In this document: piece after piece, positions 1-14,620 of the stretch
Position numbering within the stretch: the stretch's first letter is position 1
Layout of the letters: each line of letters begins with the position of its first letter
Assembly (NCBI RefSeq): GCF_964204645.1
Contig: NC_134036.1
Coordinates: 868,001 to 932,000, forward strand
From: Tubulanus polymorphus
Lineage: Eukaryota; Animalia; Nemertea
Length of the DNA stretch: 64,000 bases
Direction: 5' to 3'
Made by a program: the position numbers and the translations under genes
Notes under the pieces: model-generated
What the model saw: the letters and a program-made list of their open reading frames with translations, nothing else
Told to the model about the DNA's origin: nothing
The model's database searches: none

Positions 1-237
1 AATAAATGTAAAATTCCATAATTGTCTATAGAAAAGCTTATTTAAAATACTAGAAATATTTCAGGATGTTCCTTCCACCTTCAGTCGAAAATGTTGATAA
101 AATATTTCAATCATTTTTGATAAACTTTTTTGTCGTTCAATAGTTGTGGGTTTTTACATTTTTTGTTTCTTCATGGATATTGTGATTTTGATGATTCATA
201 ATTTGGAGCATGAGGCAGAGAATGAAGACATTGTATA

Positions 238-473
238 CAGGGTCCGATTTAAGCACTTGTCCGATTTGCCGGGGCAAGTATATTCCCATCAGGGCAAGTA
301 GGTAATCATTATCACTCGTCCACTATGGGCTGGCGCAATTATATGTCGCAAAGCTTTTTTCTGACCCGATACAACAGTTGATTGCCACCAATGGACTGCC
401 TACGTGGGGCAAGCAAAATTTCCGATTGCTTGTCCCACAGGCAAGTGGTTCTTATTCCTTAGTTAAAACCCTG
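238..473. mobile_element. Non-autonomous DNA element (CAGGG...CCCTG termini), related to the copy at 40047-40267
   Basis: Colinear similarity with 40047-40267 (aagcacttgtccgatt...gggcaagtagg...) and inverted termini. Confidence 0.6.
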
Positions 474-483
474 TATAACTTAC

Positions 484-3580
<3,097 letters not shown>

Positions 3581-4002
3581 GATGGGAAGGTTTCATCGGA
3601 GGGCTCAAAAACTAAATGACAACATTTAATTAACGAAAACAAAAGACTTAATTAAATCAGCCCGCTCGATTTTAGAATACTGTATCGTGGCGCCACTACG
3701 CAATAAACTCGAATTGAAATGAATCGAGGTCGAAGTGGAGCTATCATTCAAGATGGCGGCGCCCATGGATTTTTATTAAAAATTCGCCGATCGAGGTATT
3801 TATATGTTCACTGATATTGTCACTCATTTATTTCAGGTTCTGTATGGGGTAGGGAAAGGGGTGCGGCATATTTGCCCTCTTTAAAACTGGCTAGCAAAGA
3901 AGAAAAGACTCAAATAACGGGATGCTTCTCCAGCCCGGCAGGTGCCTCGCAGCAGCGCTTCATGATTTCAAGTTTTATTTTTGACAGGTTTTTGTTAACG
4001 AA
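3581..4002. promoter_or_regulatory. Probable bidirectional promoter/5' UTR region between the AAA ATPase and FBXL17
   Basis: Divergent start codons ~420 bp apart; YY1-type caagatggcggc at ~3749-3760; candidate 5' UTR intron ~3796-3987. Confidence 0.55.
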
Positions 4003-7000
4003 ATGGATTCCCCTCCAGCAAAACGTAGAAAACCTGACAACGCCGCAAACAATGAAGGGACGTCCTCAAATTCAAATGCCGCTGTTGCCATAGTGGCAGC
4101 TGAACAATCCGATGTGATATCGAATGTTTCTCCGAGTGACGATAAAAATTCTAATAATTGCGCGGAGTTGCTGCATGTTGAAAAAAACTCGATTCGTCAA
4201 CAATCGAAAAATGGGGAGTGCAGCCACAATTCTGTTCAACGCGACAACGATTCATCGAAAGAATCAGAATCGGAATCAACGACCAACAACAGCAGCAGCG
4301 AGGAGGATGAATCTACAAACTCAACGAGTTCCGATTCTGATTCGTCGGACGACAGCGATTCAAACTCATCGAGCGTTACCGACGGCGACGATGAATTCCC
4401 CGTTTTGACGAACCGTTACGAGATGACCGATCTCGACACGGCGATGTACGAACTGACGGAGAAATCGGTAACCGCCGAGAACCTGGCGCGATCGCTGACG
4501 CTCGGCCATCGCCAAAGCGGTAAAAATACTTTTCATCGAAAACGCCGCAGAAAACGACCGACGAAAATTACAAAGTCCGTTTCCGTAGAGACGGCTACGG
4601 ACAATGATATTAATATTAACGATTTACCGAGTTTTATATTAGTGAAGATTTTCGGTTTGTTGCCGTTGCACACGTTACTGTTACGAGTCGCTGTTATCTG
4701 TCGCGCGTGGTACGCATTGACGACCGATTCGTCGCTGTGGCGCCATCTGGATTTAAAAGGTCAGTTACGCGCTAGCGACGAGGTATTGTTGCGTTTAACG
4801 CGGTACAGTCAGAAGGTCGTTTCCGTGGATATCTCCAGCGTTCAATGGATCACGTCTAAAGGTCTGACGCGCATGTTACAACATTGTAAATATCTGGAAG
4901 TTCTCAAGATCAACTGGTAAATATCAAATCATGAAGAAATGTTTTAGCGACTTTTTTAGAATTATAAATCTGTAACCTGGAACCTGTTAATGTCCGTTCA
5001 AAATGAAGAAAAGATCTCCATGGTCCGGTTCCACAGTCGTGAGTTAGAGTTGACATTGAACACAGGACCCAGTTCCACAGACGTGAGTTAGAGTTAACTC
5101 TGAGTTAAAATCAATTCATTTTCAATTAGTTAACTCTTAGTCCAATCTTGACTCACAACTGTGGAACTGGATCCATGAAATTGTCCATGCAAACTGCAAA
5201 ACTGCATGGGTTGTTTGTAGTTCGGTTGCAATTAGGAATTTCTCAGTGAACTGCTGACTTGGCTTCATTGCTAAGACCTCATGAATCAACATCACAAATT
5301 CATTGTGTTTTATTTGTTTTCTGTAGGCCCAGTAGTATCATCGGTGATGAATCTTTGGGTAAAATCGGCGAACTATGTTCAAATCTACGACACCTGTCGC
5401 TGTCCAGCGCTTACATGCTGTCTGACGATAGCGTGAAAAAGGTAATTATCACAGAAACTTCACAGCGCTTTCAAAGGAGGGTGTATTCAATCACACCAGT
5501 CTTTTAGGGGGATTTATGGAGGTAGATATCTTTCCAAGGAGGAACTATGTAAATGTTATTTCATCAATTTGATTATGTCAAAGAGTGGAGATAGCCATAT
5601 GTTTTAAGAGTCTATGATGATAATAATGATGATGATATGATAATAATAATGTGTCTTATAGCACTAAACCCAGTGAAGCTGCTCAGAATGATAGTCGAAT
5701 GAAACACTCTAATCCGTGTATATTGTAGATTAATTAAAGAAGTCCCACAATTCGAATTTTAAATGATATGATTTATTGAACGAAACCACAACCTGATGAT
5801 GGCTGTTAGTCAACAATTTTTAATAAATCATTTCACATAAAATTCGAATTGTGCGACTTCTTCAATTAACAGCTGCTTTGCATTTTTCGGTATTATTACC
5901 CCAACCATTTAATACTCTAACATGTATCCCTGGGAATTGAAGACCACATTCATCAGTGATGTCATGTTGGTGATTTATAGAGGCTCCTGTCAATCTTATC
6001 TTGACGGATATCAGCCATTTTCAGTAAGGGTATTTATAAGGAATGATGTTTATACCGTATTTGTAGATCGCTCGTGGATGTCCGCAGTTGACACATCTTG
6101 CTATCGGTCACTGTCAACTTGTTTCCGACGAGGGAATCATAGCAATCGCTGAAAACTGTCCGAATCTTCAATTCCTACTTCTCGATAAATGCGTCAGGGT
6201 CAGTAACCGCGACGACGATCATTATTTGAATAAATTGCCACCGGCTTCGATTGTTGTAATTTTTGATTATTTTGTTTCTACAGATCAGTGAAGATAGTAT
6301 CGAATCTCTGGCGGCCGGTTGTTTAGATCTGACAACGTTGAGTTTGACGGGCTGTCGCAAAATGAGATCCGGACTTCATATCAAAAAGGTAAGACTGTGT
6401 GGAATACAGACGACACTCCATCGACCCCTGCCCTGTCCGTCGACCCCTGCCCTATCCATCGACCCCTGCCCTGTCCGTCTGCCCATGCCTTCTGAGTCTA
6501 CGAATACATTAGCTTGAGTTGTCTGGTGAAATTCTACCTCAGTTTCACTAGAGTCTTAAGCTTGAGAATCTGTTGAATTTGAATTGGTTTCCTCATTCAA
6601 AAAGCCTTTGGTAAAAGTTCTGAATTCTTGCTCACTGTACTATATCTCTCTGAGGGCCCTTTTAGGTAGCCAGGTTTTAACCAAGATCAGATCATCGCAT
6701 GTTTTGCGTGTTCCTGGTTCCGCAAGCATATTTTGTATCAACAGATTGTTCAATTTTTGGTTCAACTTTGTCGGAAACTGAAATTGGGGTTATATATAAT
6801 CCTCGCTGAGTAGAATCCACTAATTGTTAGTTTTGTTTTGTTAATAGTTGAAGAAGTTATGGTCGTTGGATATATCACAGATCAGCGATTTCGACGTGAT
6901 ATCTCTACGAGAAATCGTCAGTTCGTGCGAGAATCTGCAACGTTTAAACATGTCGCTAGTTCGAACCGTAACCGACGACGACATCAAATACATCGCGAAA

Positions 7001-7924
7001 AAACTCAACAATCTGCAGTATCTCCACCTGGTGGGCTGTAAACTAACTGATAGAGGTAAGTTATCCTGTTCTAGTAAAACAGTCTGTGCTGCACTAGCTA
7101 TTCCGCTAGATGGCGTTAGTGTCCTTATGTATACTAGCGACACCTGGTGGATCATCTCTTGCCCCTACTTCAATCCTCTATCGCCACAGTAATTGATGTC
7201 CTACTGCACGCTAGCGACACCTGGTGGATCATCACTTGCCCCTAGTAAAATCCTCTATCGCCACAGTAATTGATGTCCTACTGCACGCTAGCGACACCTG
7301 GTGGATCCTAATTTGGCCCAAGTGCAATCCTCTATCGCCGCAGTAATTGATGTCCTACTGCACGCCAGCGACACCTGGTGGATCCTAATTTGGCCCAAGT
7401 GCAATCCTCTATCGCCGCAGTAATTGATGTCCTACTGCACGCTAGCGACACCTGGTGGATCATCACTTGCCCCTAGTGAAATCCTCTATTGCCACAGTAA
7501 TTGATGTCCTACTGCACACTAGCGACACCTGGTGGAGTCCTTGATTGCCGAAGTAAACCGCAGAGTCCTAATCGAGAACTAAAATGATGAATCTTTTGTA
7601 TTCTGGTAATTTTTTGTCGATTCGGGAAGAAACGTTGTTTTTCTGTTTGTTTCAACAGCGATGCATCATCTCGGGAATCTCGGGACAAATCGTACGCTCG
7701 TTCACCTGGACGTCGGTTGGTGCGAGGGCGTTAGCGACGAGGGCGTCTGCTACGTCGTCGAGCGTTGTCGCGCGTTACGCTATCTCGGCCTCATACGATG
7801 CGACTTGGTTACTATGGTTACACTACGCGAGTTGATGATGCGCTACCCGAACGTGCAGTTCTCGAATTTTCACCTGGATTGCGAACGGTTGCTATGGGAA
7901 TATCGTTTAACGGAGAACGCGTGA
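4003..7924 (+). CDS. FBXL17: F-box/LRR-repeat protein 17-like
   Basis: Exons 4003-4916, 5327-5441, 6067-6198, 6284-6388, 6848-7055, 7659-7924. Long Ser/acidic N-terminus, F-box (INDLPSFILVKIFGLL), cysteine-containing LRRs. C-terminus LDVGWCEGVSDEG...LRYLGLIRCDLV...YPNVQFSNFHLDCERLL matches the FBXL17 C-terminus as I recall it. Confidence 0.85.
5066..5175. mobile_element. Short palindromic MITE family (ggacccagttccacag...ctgtggaactgg(g/a)tcc); other copies ~26597-26690, 27895-27993, 31776-31885, 35084-35178
   Basis: Terminal inverted repeats; several dispersed copies in the window. Confidence 0.7.
5731..5868. mobile_element. Inverted-repeat element with partial hammerhead-like core (Penelope-type remnant); relatives at 29368-29504 and 33407-33637
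   Basis: Arms gaagtcccacaattcgaatttt / aaaattcgaattgtgcgacttc flank ctgatga-tggctgttagtcaac. Confidence 0.5.
7134..7535. repeat. Intronic tandem repeat, 77 bp unit, ~5 copies
   Basis: c(t/c)agcgacacctggtgg recurs at ~7134, 7211, 7288, 7365, 7442, 7519. Confidence 0.95.
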
Positions 7925-8370
7925 GTTCCGATTGTTGCGACCGGTGCTGTCTCGTAGGAACGTTTAGAATGATTTTAGTTTGTGAAGATTTTGTTGAGAG
8001 TTTAAACTGAAAAGTAAAAGTTCGAAACTTGAAAGAAAAAAAATCGAAAATAAAATTTTGAGAGGTAAAAACTATTTTTGTTTTAGAAAATTCAAGACGA
8101 ATTCTTTATTTTATTTTGAAAATTCAAGACGAATTATTCATGTTATTTTGAATTATTTCACTCGGTTTGGTTTTTATTCATGTGATGAGAATTTCTAAAG
8201 TTAATTTCGCGTTAGTTATTTAATCCCGCAGCGTAATTAAATTAATAACTATCAACCGTACAGTGGCGCCCTTGCTGCGTAAGCGGCGGCTCCACACGGG
8301 GATTTCTTTGGGAATTCCTATCGAATGACGTCAATGAGGGTGTTTCCTAGATGTGTAATTCGTCAAAATA

Positions 8371-11325
8371 ATGGCCAAAACCTACGATTATTTATTCAAA
8401 TTGTTGCTGATCGGAGATTCTGGAGTTGGTAAAACTTGCGTGCTGTTCAGATTCAGCGAAGATGCCTTCAATTCGACTTTTATATCCACTATAGGTGAGT
8501 TATTCGCCGCGAAATCCAAGTTTGAAATTCCGAGATTTTGGACGGTCCCGATCTGAACTTTCCTAAGTAAAAAAAAAATTAAAATGTTTAAGAAACATTT
8601 TTAAAGGCCTACCCGAAAGATGAGATTAATATGAGGTCATAGCAATTTGCAGAAATAACGCCAGCCAAGCTTTTCAAAAGTAATGAGGGAATTTGACATG
8701 AGTGACTTTACAATGGCCGTATATGTCGGAATGGGACCAACAAGCCATCCACAACGAGTCTAGTAGAAAATGAACAAAATTCCCAAATTTTCAGTTGCTA
8801 ACTTAATCAGGCCCTCAATAAAACAGATTCAGAGGTATCTGCTGTTGGATTTAGCATTGTTTAGGCTGCACTCGACTCTAAGCTCTGCCTAACTTACCCC
8901 TCCCTGCCTCTATTTAGACTTCACGTTTTACTGACACAGTCCAACTGTAGTTACGTTCAAGAATTCCCAGTGATCTGATAAATTGAAAGATTACATCACG
9001 TTTATAATTTGACAAGAAAAGCTTGCCATCCGGCCAGACTGGGCAGTCTTAGAGAAAATGAACCGAATTCCCAAGTTTAAAGTTGCTTAATCAGGCCTTC
9101 AATAAAACAATGATAATAAAACAGATTCAGAGGTAGCTGCATTTGGATTTAGTATTCTTTAGGCTTCACTCGACTCTAAGCTCTGCCTAACTTACCCCTC
9201 CCTGCCTTTATTTGGCCTTCTGATTTTGCCGACAGCCCAATTTCCACCAATCTGATGAATTGAAATATTACTTCATGTTTATATTTATTGCTGGAGAATT
9301 TGAGAATTGATGGCAACAATTAATATTCTCCAAATTTTACCTGGTGATCGAAATCTTGATTCTTTGTTCAATTTTTTCACGGTCAGTCGCATTTCTTTTC
9401 CAGGAATTGATTTCAAAATCAGGACGATTGAATTGGATGGAAAAAAAATTAAACTACAAATATGGTGAGTATGGGATTGATGTTTGTAGACTTGGGAATA
9501 AATTGGGAACCAGTGCTCTGTGTTTGAGTAATAGAAAATTAAGTGGAATTTTAGTTGTATCAAAATAATTCTGAGATCTTTTTGTTCGAGTTCTAAGTCA
9601 TTATTTCAACTTTTAATTATTCGAGTTTGAAGAATGGAAAAGAGTTAAGTGAGTCTGAAATGAAATTAAAGTTATGATTTCATTAAAGTTATGATTGTTA
9701 TTTTGCTGAATATTTGCAGGGATACGGCTGGCCAGGAGAGATTCAGGACTATTACTACTGCCTATTATCGTGGTGCTATGGTAAGTATTTCGGGGACTCG
9801 TGTTTCGTAATCTCACCGAGACTGATTTTCTAAACGCTCGACCGTTCTCTATTTCAGGGTATTATGTTAGTTTACGATATCACGAATCAGAAATCGTTCG
9901 ATAATATCCGAAATTGGATCCGCAATATCGAAGAGGTGAGTTGAGAATGAGACAGATAGATAGAGAGATTACAGCTGTACGGATTGTGAAAACGATAATA
10001 TTTCTATTTTGTAGCATGCGTCTGCTGATGTTGAGAAAATGATTTTAGGCAATAAATGTGACATGAACGACAGACGTCAAGTGACGAAAGAACGAGGAGA
10101 ACAGGTAATTAATGAATTAGAGGGTAGAGTGTTTAGCTTGGTTCTTGTTCCTAGCTAGGAAAGTCAGGGAATTCTGATTTTTCATTTGGTGACTTATTGT
10201 TGCTGGTGATGAGTGGAACAAGGAACCTCTTGATAAGAAACAGCCCTCACTGAGGATATCTCATTTAATCAGGGTATTTGAATGTTTTGGTGTCTTGTTC
10301 TCACTGGTGATGAGTCCCACAAGGAACCTCTTGATAACAAACAGCCCTCAATGATATCTTATAATTTAATCAGGGAATTTGAATGTTTTGGTGTCTTGTT
10401 GTTCTTGCTGGTGACGAGAGGCACAAGGAAACTCTTGATAACAAACAGCCCTCGCTGAGAATGATCGAGGGTCTGGGAAAATCCAGAAAATATCAGTGAA
10501 TTTTGGATTCCCAGATCCGTAAGAACCCTACAGTTGTTGAGAAAGGTTCAGCTATATTTTCACTCATATGTAACTGATAAAGTGTTATTTGTGTTTTTCA
10601 GTTGGCAATCGAATATGGAAATAAATTCATGGAAACCAGTGCTAAAACAAGTATTAACGTTGAAGAGTCATTTTTCAGTCTCGCGCGCGACATTAAAACT
10701 AAAATGGATCGAAAACTGGTAAGCGGTTCACAACTCCTGCCCTTTCGCATCATCAACTCCTGCTCTACGGTTAACAATGCCGACTTTATCGTGCAATCGA
10801 GTTTGAATTTGATTTACGACTCGTCGATGCTTTAAAGCCTCGTCAATCAACTCCAGCAGAGTTGAATTTGAATGATCAGTTTAATTGATATTGATTTACT
10901 AGAGATCTAGACCCAGTTCCACAGTTCTGAGTTAAGATTTGACCCAGAGTTAACTGAGACCCTAGTTGCCCAGTTGTGATGGTAAACTTATGACATAAAA
11001 ATTAATTAAGAATGGAACTAGAATTGAACTCTTCCGTTGAAATTCCTAAGTCCAGTTTCACTAAACAGATTCAATTTTATTCGATATATTTTAAACCTCT
11101 TTTATCGTTTTCTACGCTGCGTTTGAAGAAGGTAACGGTCTTTCTATCGTCGAAAAGTTCATCTCAAAACTTTTTCTCGAGAAATTCTTTGTGAAAATTC
11201 TGATTTGCAAATTTTCTTCTTTCCAGGAGGCGACGAATCCTCCCCCGAAAGGCGGATACCAGCTAAAAAAACAGGATACGCATCACAACAAGAAATCCAG
11301 CATCTGGAAGTGTCGACTGCTATGA
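8371..11325 (+). CDS. RAB8: Ras-related protein Rab-8 (209 aa)
   Basis: Exons 8371-8494, 9404-9464, 9720-9780, 9858-9935, 10015-10104, 10602-10718, 11227-11325. [45 protein letters not shown], and C-terminal CaaX CRLL. Confidence 0.97.
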
Positions 11326-13387
11326 TCGGTCATCGGCGACGATCTTCTACGCTGTTGTTATCTCGTTTCTGATTGGTGCAAATTTTCTAATCGGAAATAT
11401 TTCATGAATATCGTTATAGAAGTTTAAAGAAAAAAATGTTAATCAATTTCGAAGGGAATTCAGTTCGGGTTGCCGGAGATATCGGACGAGTCAATACGAT
11501 AAAAATAAGAGATTAGAATTTATTTCAACTCCTTTTTCGTAACAACGTAACAAATAACAAGCAGAGTTAGTTTTATCCCCGCTCCCCACAACTAGAATTT
11601 AGAAATAAAGTAGAGACCCATTTCTCGGTCAACTCCTCAGTGGGGAACTGCTTTGAAAAACGTTCAATTTGCTTGATTCTCAACTCTTTTTGAAAATGGC
11701 TGATGCTTTAGTTCAAAATTGATCATCATCCATAAATCGGTTGATGAAAATAAGATCTAGAATCAAACATAGTGGTCTTATCTCTATTACTGAATTCTAG
11801 TTAGCACCGGGGGGGGGGGGGCAGATAGAGGGGGTAACTGTAAGTGCATCTCCACTGGGCTTTCAAACCAAAGACTCTTCATAAACAATCATCAAAATTA
11901 CTTAATTCATAAAAACCAGGACTATGCATGAAAAGGGTAAACTATTAAATCAATTTCTAATGAGCTGGATTGGTTTTGAGAAGTTGAATTATTTTGGTTA
12001 GACCTTTTCCGTAAACTGGGCCAGTGACGAGATGCGGGCCCACTGTGAGCTCTCGTCAAATTTACAAATATTGATTAACTGAATTTCTGCGAATAAATCG
12101 GTTAAAATGTCATAACAAATGTAAATAAGGATCGAATATGGAATAAGTTTGTTTAGATATTGAATGCATTTTAGACTATCGAAAGTATATTTACACAGAA
12201 ATAAATTACGCGAAAAATAATTACTCACAAACATTAGATATTGATAATTATAATACGTATGAAAATATTACTAGTGAAAGTTATAAGCATGACAAACCTA
12301 TCACCCCTTGTGTTATAGATAAACTGTCCCGCTTTCTTCTCCCACCGCTATTTTAGGATTAGTTCATTGTTTGCTGAATAAGGGAGGGGTAAATTTTGTA
12401 CAGCACACTATTTGGTGGTTGAATGATTATTTTCACTGTCTGGACCGCAGCAGCAGCAGCAGGCTAATCGTTATATACATCCAGTTGTATTAATTCTGGC
12501 CAGTGGCGCTAATTCTTGTTAGTGCCTTAACAAATTGTCCACCAAAATAAGACAATGGAGCAATCAGTTTCAGGTCAAACTCGCGTAGGTCGTCAGACTA
12601 CTGAAGTCATCTATTTGAGTCCCACTTTGTATTTCTAATTCGATTAACTAAATTTAAGTTGTCATTCGGATAAAAGTCGTCAAATTACTGAATGCATCTC
12701 TAATTTTGAGTCCCAATTTTTGCATTTCCAATTCAATTGACCAAGTAAAAGTCATCATTTGGATAAGTTATTAAAATAATGATCGAAATGAGTTTCACTC
12801 TGTAACTGATCGTTCTGAAGAGCCATTTGAAGTTCGCTGTAATGAGATTCATCTTAAGTATTTTAACTCTCAGGTCTTGATAACATTGTGAAATCTAGCT
12901 TTTAACAATTTAACTCACTCAGACTCTATGAATTAAACAGAAATTAATAGAGTTTTTAATAAGTTGAGATATCGCGACTGAGATTTCAAAAATGAGTTGA
13001 TATTTCAAAATGAGTTGATATTTCAAAATGAGTTGATATTTCAAAATGATTTGATATCTCAATGATAATCAGACCGCGTCAGCCGCTGCCAGTGAAAACG
13101 ATACATTACCAATCACGCATGCGTATTTCATAACCTATAAATAGATGATTAAAAATTAGCCGCCTTGTGAAATTGAAATTTGTACAAATAAATTATGATA
13201 ATTATTATTATAGATATAACGATAGTTGTTTATTTTGTGGTGTATATTTATCCGGGGCTGCAGTTACACAAATGACTGTTTAGATTTAACCAATAGATCC
13301 ATAGAGGAAATCGTGGAAATCAAAACTGTATTCTATAAACTTGGGGCAGCAGCTGCTTAATGTTGTTTAGAGTTAAAACAATGGTTA

Positions 13388-13607
13388 GGCCAAAAAAAAT
13401 TGATACCTTGTTTCTCCGCTCTGCTGAGCTTAAATGTTGACCCGGCCGGCCGCCTATCTACCCTGTACATTACTTTTTTTTAAATCGTGATCAATTTCAC
13501 CATAACAGACCCGGCCGCTATAGAAATGAATTGTTTATAAATTTTATCATATTTTACAAAAATAACCCGGCCGCTGCGGAGAAACAAGGTATCATTTTTG
13601 TTTAGCC
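13388..13607. mobile_element. PIF/Harbinger (Tourist-like) MITE, 220 bp, TTA target-site duplication, nested in another MITE (13342-13693)
   Basis: TIRs ggc..aaaa..tgataccttgtttctccgc / gcggagaaacaaggtatca..tttt..gcc, flanked by TTA on both sides. Confidence 0.85.
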
Positions 13608-13733
13608 TTAGTTGACGTAGTGACTATTAAAAGTTCATTGTTACTATGCTATTTATCCACCGGTCATCTTTAACCTTCAGCAACTGCAGCCCCTGTTGAT
13701 TCTGCTGAACAATCGAATAAAATATCGGTTTTA

Positions 13734-13958
13734 GGCTAAACAAAAATGATACCTTGTTTCTCCGCAGCGGCCGGGTCATTTTTGTAAAATATCATAAAAT
13801 TTGTAAACAGTTCATTTCTATAGCGGCCGGGCCGGATCTGTTATGGTAAAATTGATCACGATTTAAAAAAAAGTAATTTATAGGGTAGATAGGCGGCCGG
13901 CCGGGTCAACATTTAAGCTCAGCAGAGCGGAGAAACAAGGTATCAATTTTTTTTAGCC
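13734..13958. mobile_element. Second copy of the same MITE in inverted orientation, TTA TSD
   Basis: Near-perfect reverse complement of 13388-13607; degenerate copies at ~27270-27550 and ~52722-52890. Confidence 0.85.
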
Positions 13959-14344
13959 TTAGTTAAGTTAGTGGTAATGAGATGAGATCGTTGCGAGTCA
14001 CTGCTCAGTCTCACGAGGAAACGCCCGCTGCTTGCATTTTCAAAAAGGTGCCCGCGCATTTCAACAAAAACATACTGCCCGTAAAAGCAGTCAGTCATGT
14101 GACGTGCCTGAATCATCCGTTTTGTAAAGCAGCATTTGAGGGAAAGTCACAGATGAAAATATTAGAATATGCGGGAGGCCTAGTACTATATCAGCCGCTA
14201 CCAAACGATTTCATTTTTGGAAACAATAATTTGATTTTGGACAGAGGCAGACGAATTCAGGTTTGACTTGTCGTCACGGCGTTGACCATTGTGACGTCAT
14301 GGTCGTTTGTCTGAATATCTGTGAACGTTAACCGGTTACGATCG

Positions 14345-14620
14345 GGCGGACCGGATGGCTTAGTCGGTCGGCGACTAGCGTGTCACCGCTGTGGCCCAGG
14401 TTCGAGTCTCGGAGGAGGCGGGTCAGGATGTGGCAAATGATCTCCGGTAAGCGGGCGAGTCGAGAGTACTGTCCTCCCTGGAATGAGGTTGCTAATGCGT
14501 GAGTCCTACAAAATATCTGGCGTGGGGTAAATTATTATTAATTCAGTCGTTTCTGGCTGAATTATTTATTTATCCCACAATGCCGGTCCAGGTTGCGGAG
14601 TAATTCCCCCAGGGACCTTC
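14345..14620 (+). mobile_element. tRNA-derived SINE (head with Pol III A/B boxes; 3' boundary approximate)
   Basis: A box tggcttagtcgg (14356-14367), B box ggttcgagtct (14399-14409); no complete acceptor stem. Confidence 0.55.

Noticed and set aside
4003-7924. F-box/LRR gene near IRP as FBXL5, the iron-sensing IRP2 ligase
   Set aside because: There is no N-terminal hemerythrin domain and the C-terminal motifs match FBXL17, so no iron-regulation gene cluster is claimed.
14345-14430. Genuine tRNA genes here and at 16917-16985 and ~60030-60105
   Set aside because: A and B boxes are present but the acceptor stems do not pair; these are more consistent with SINE heads.
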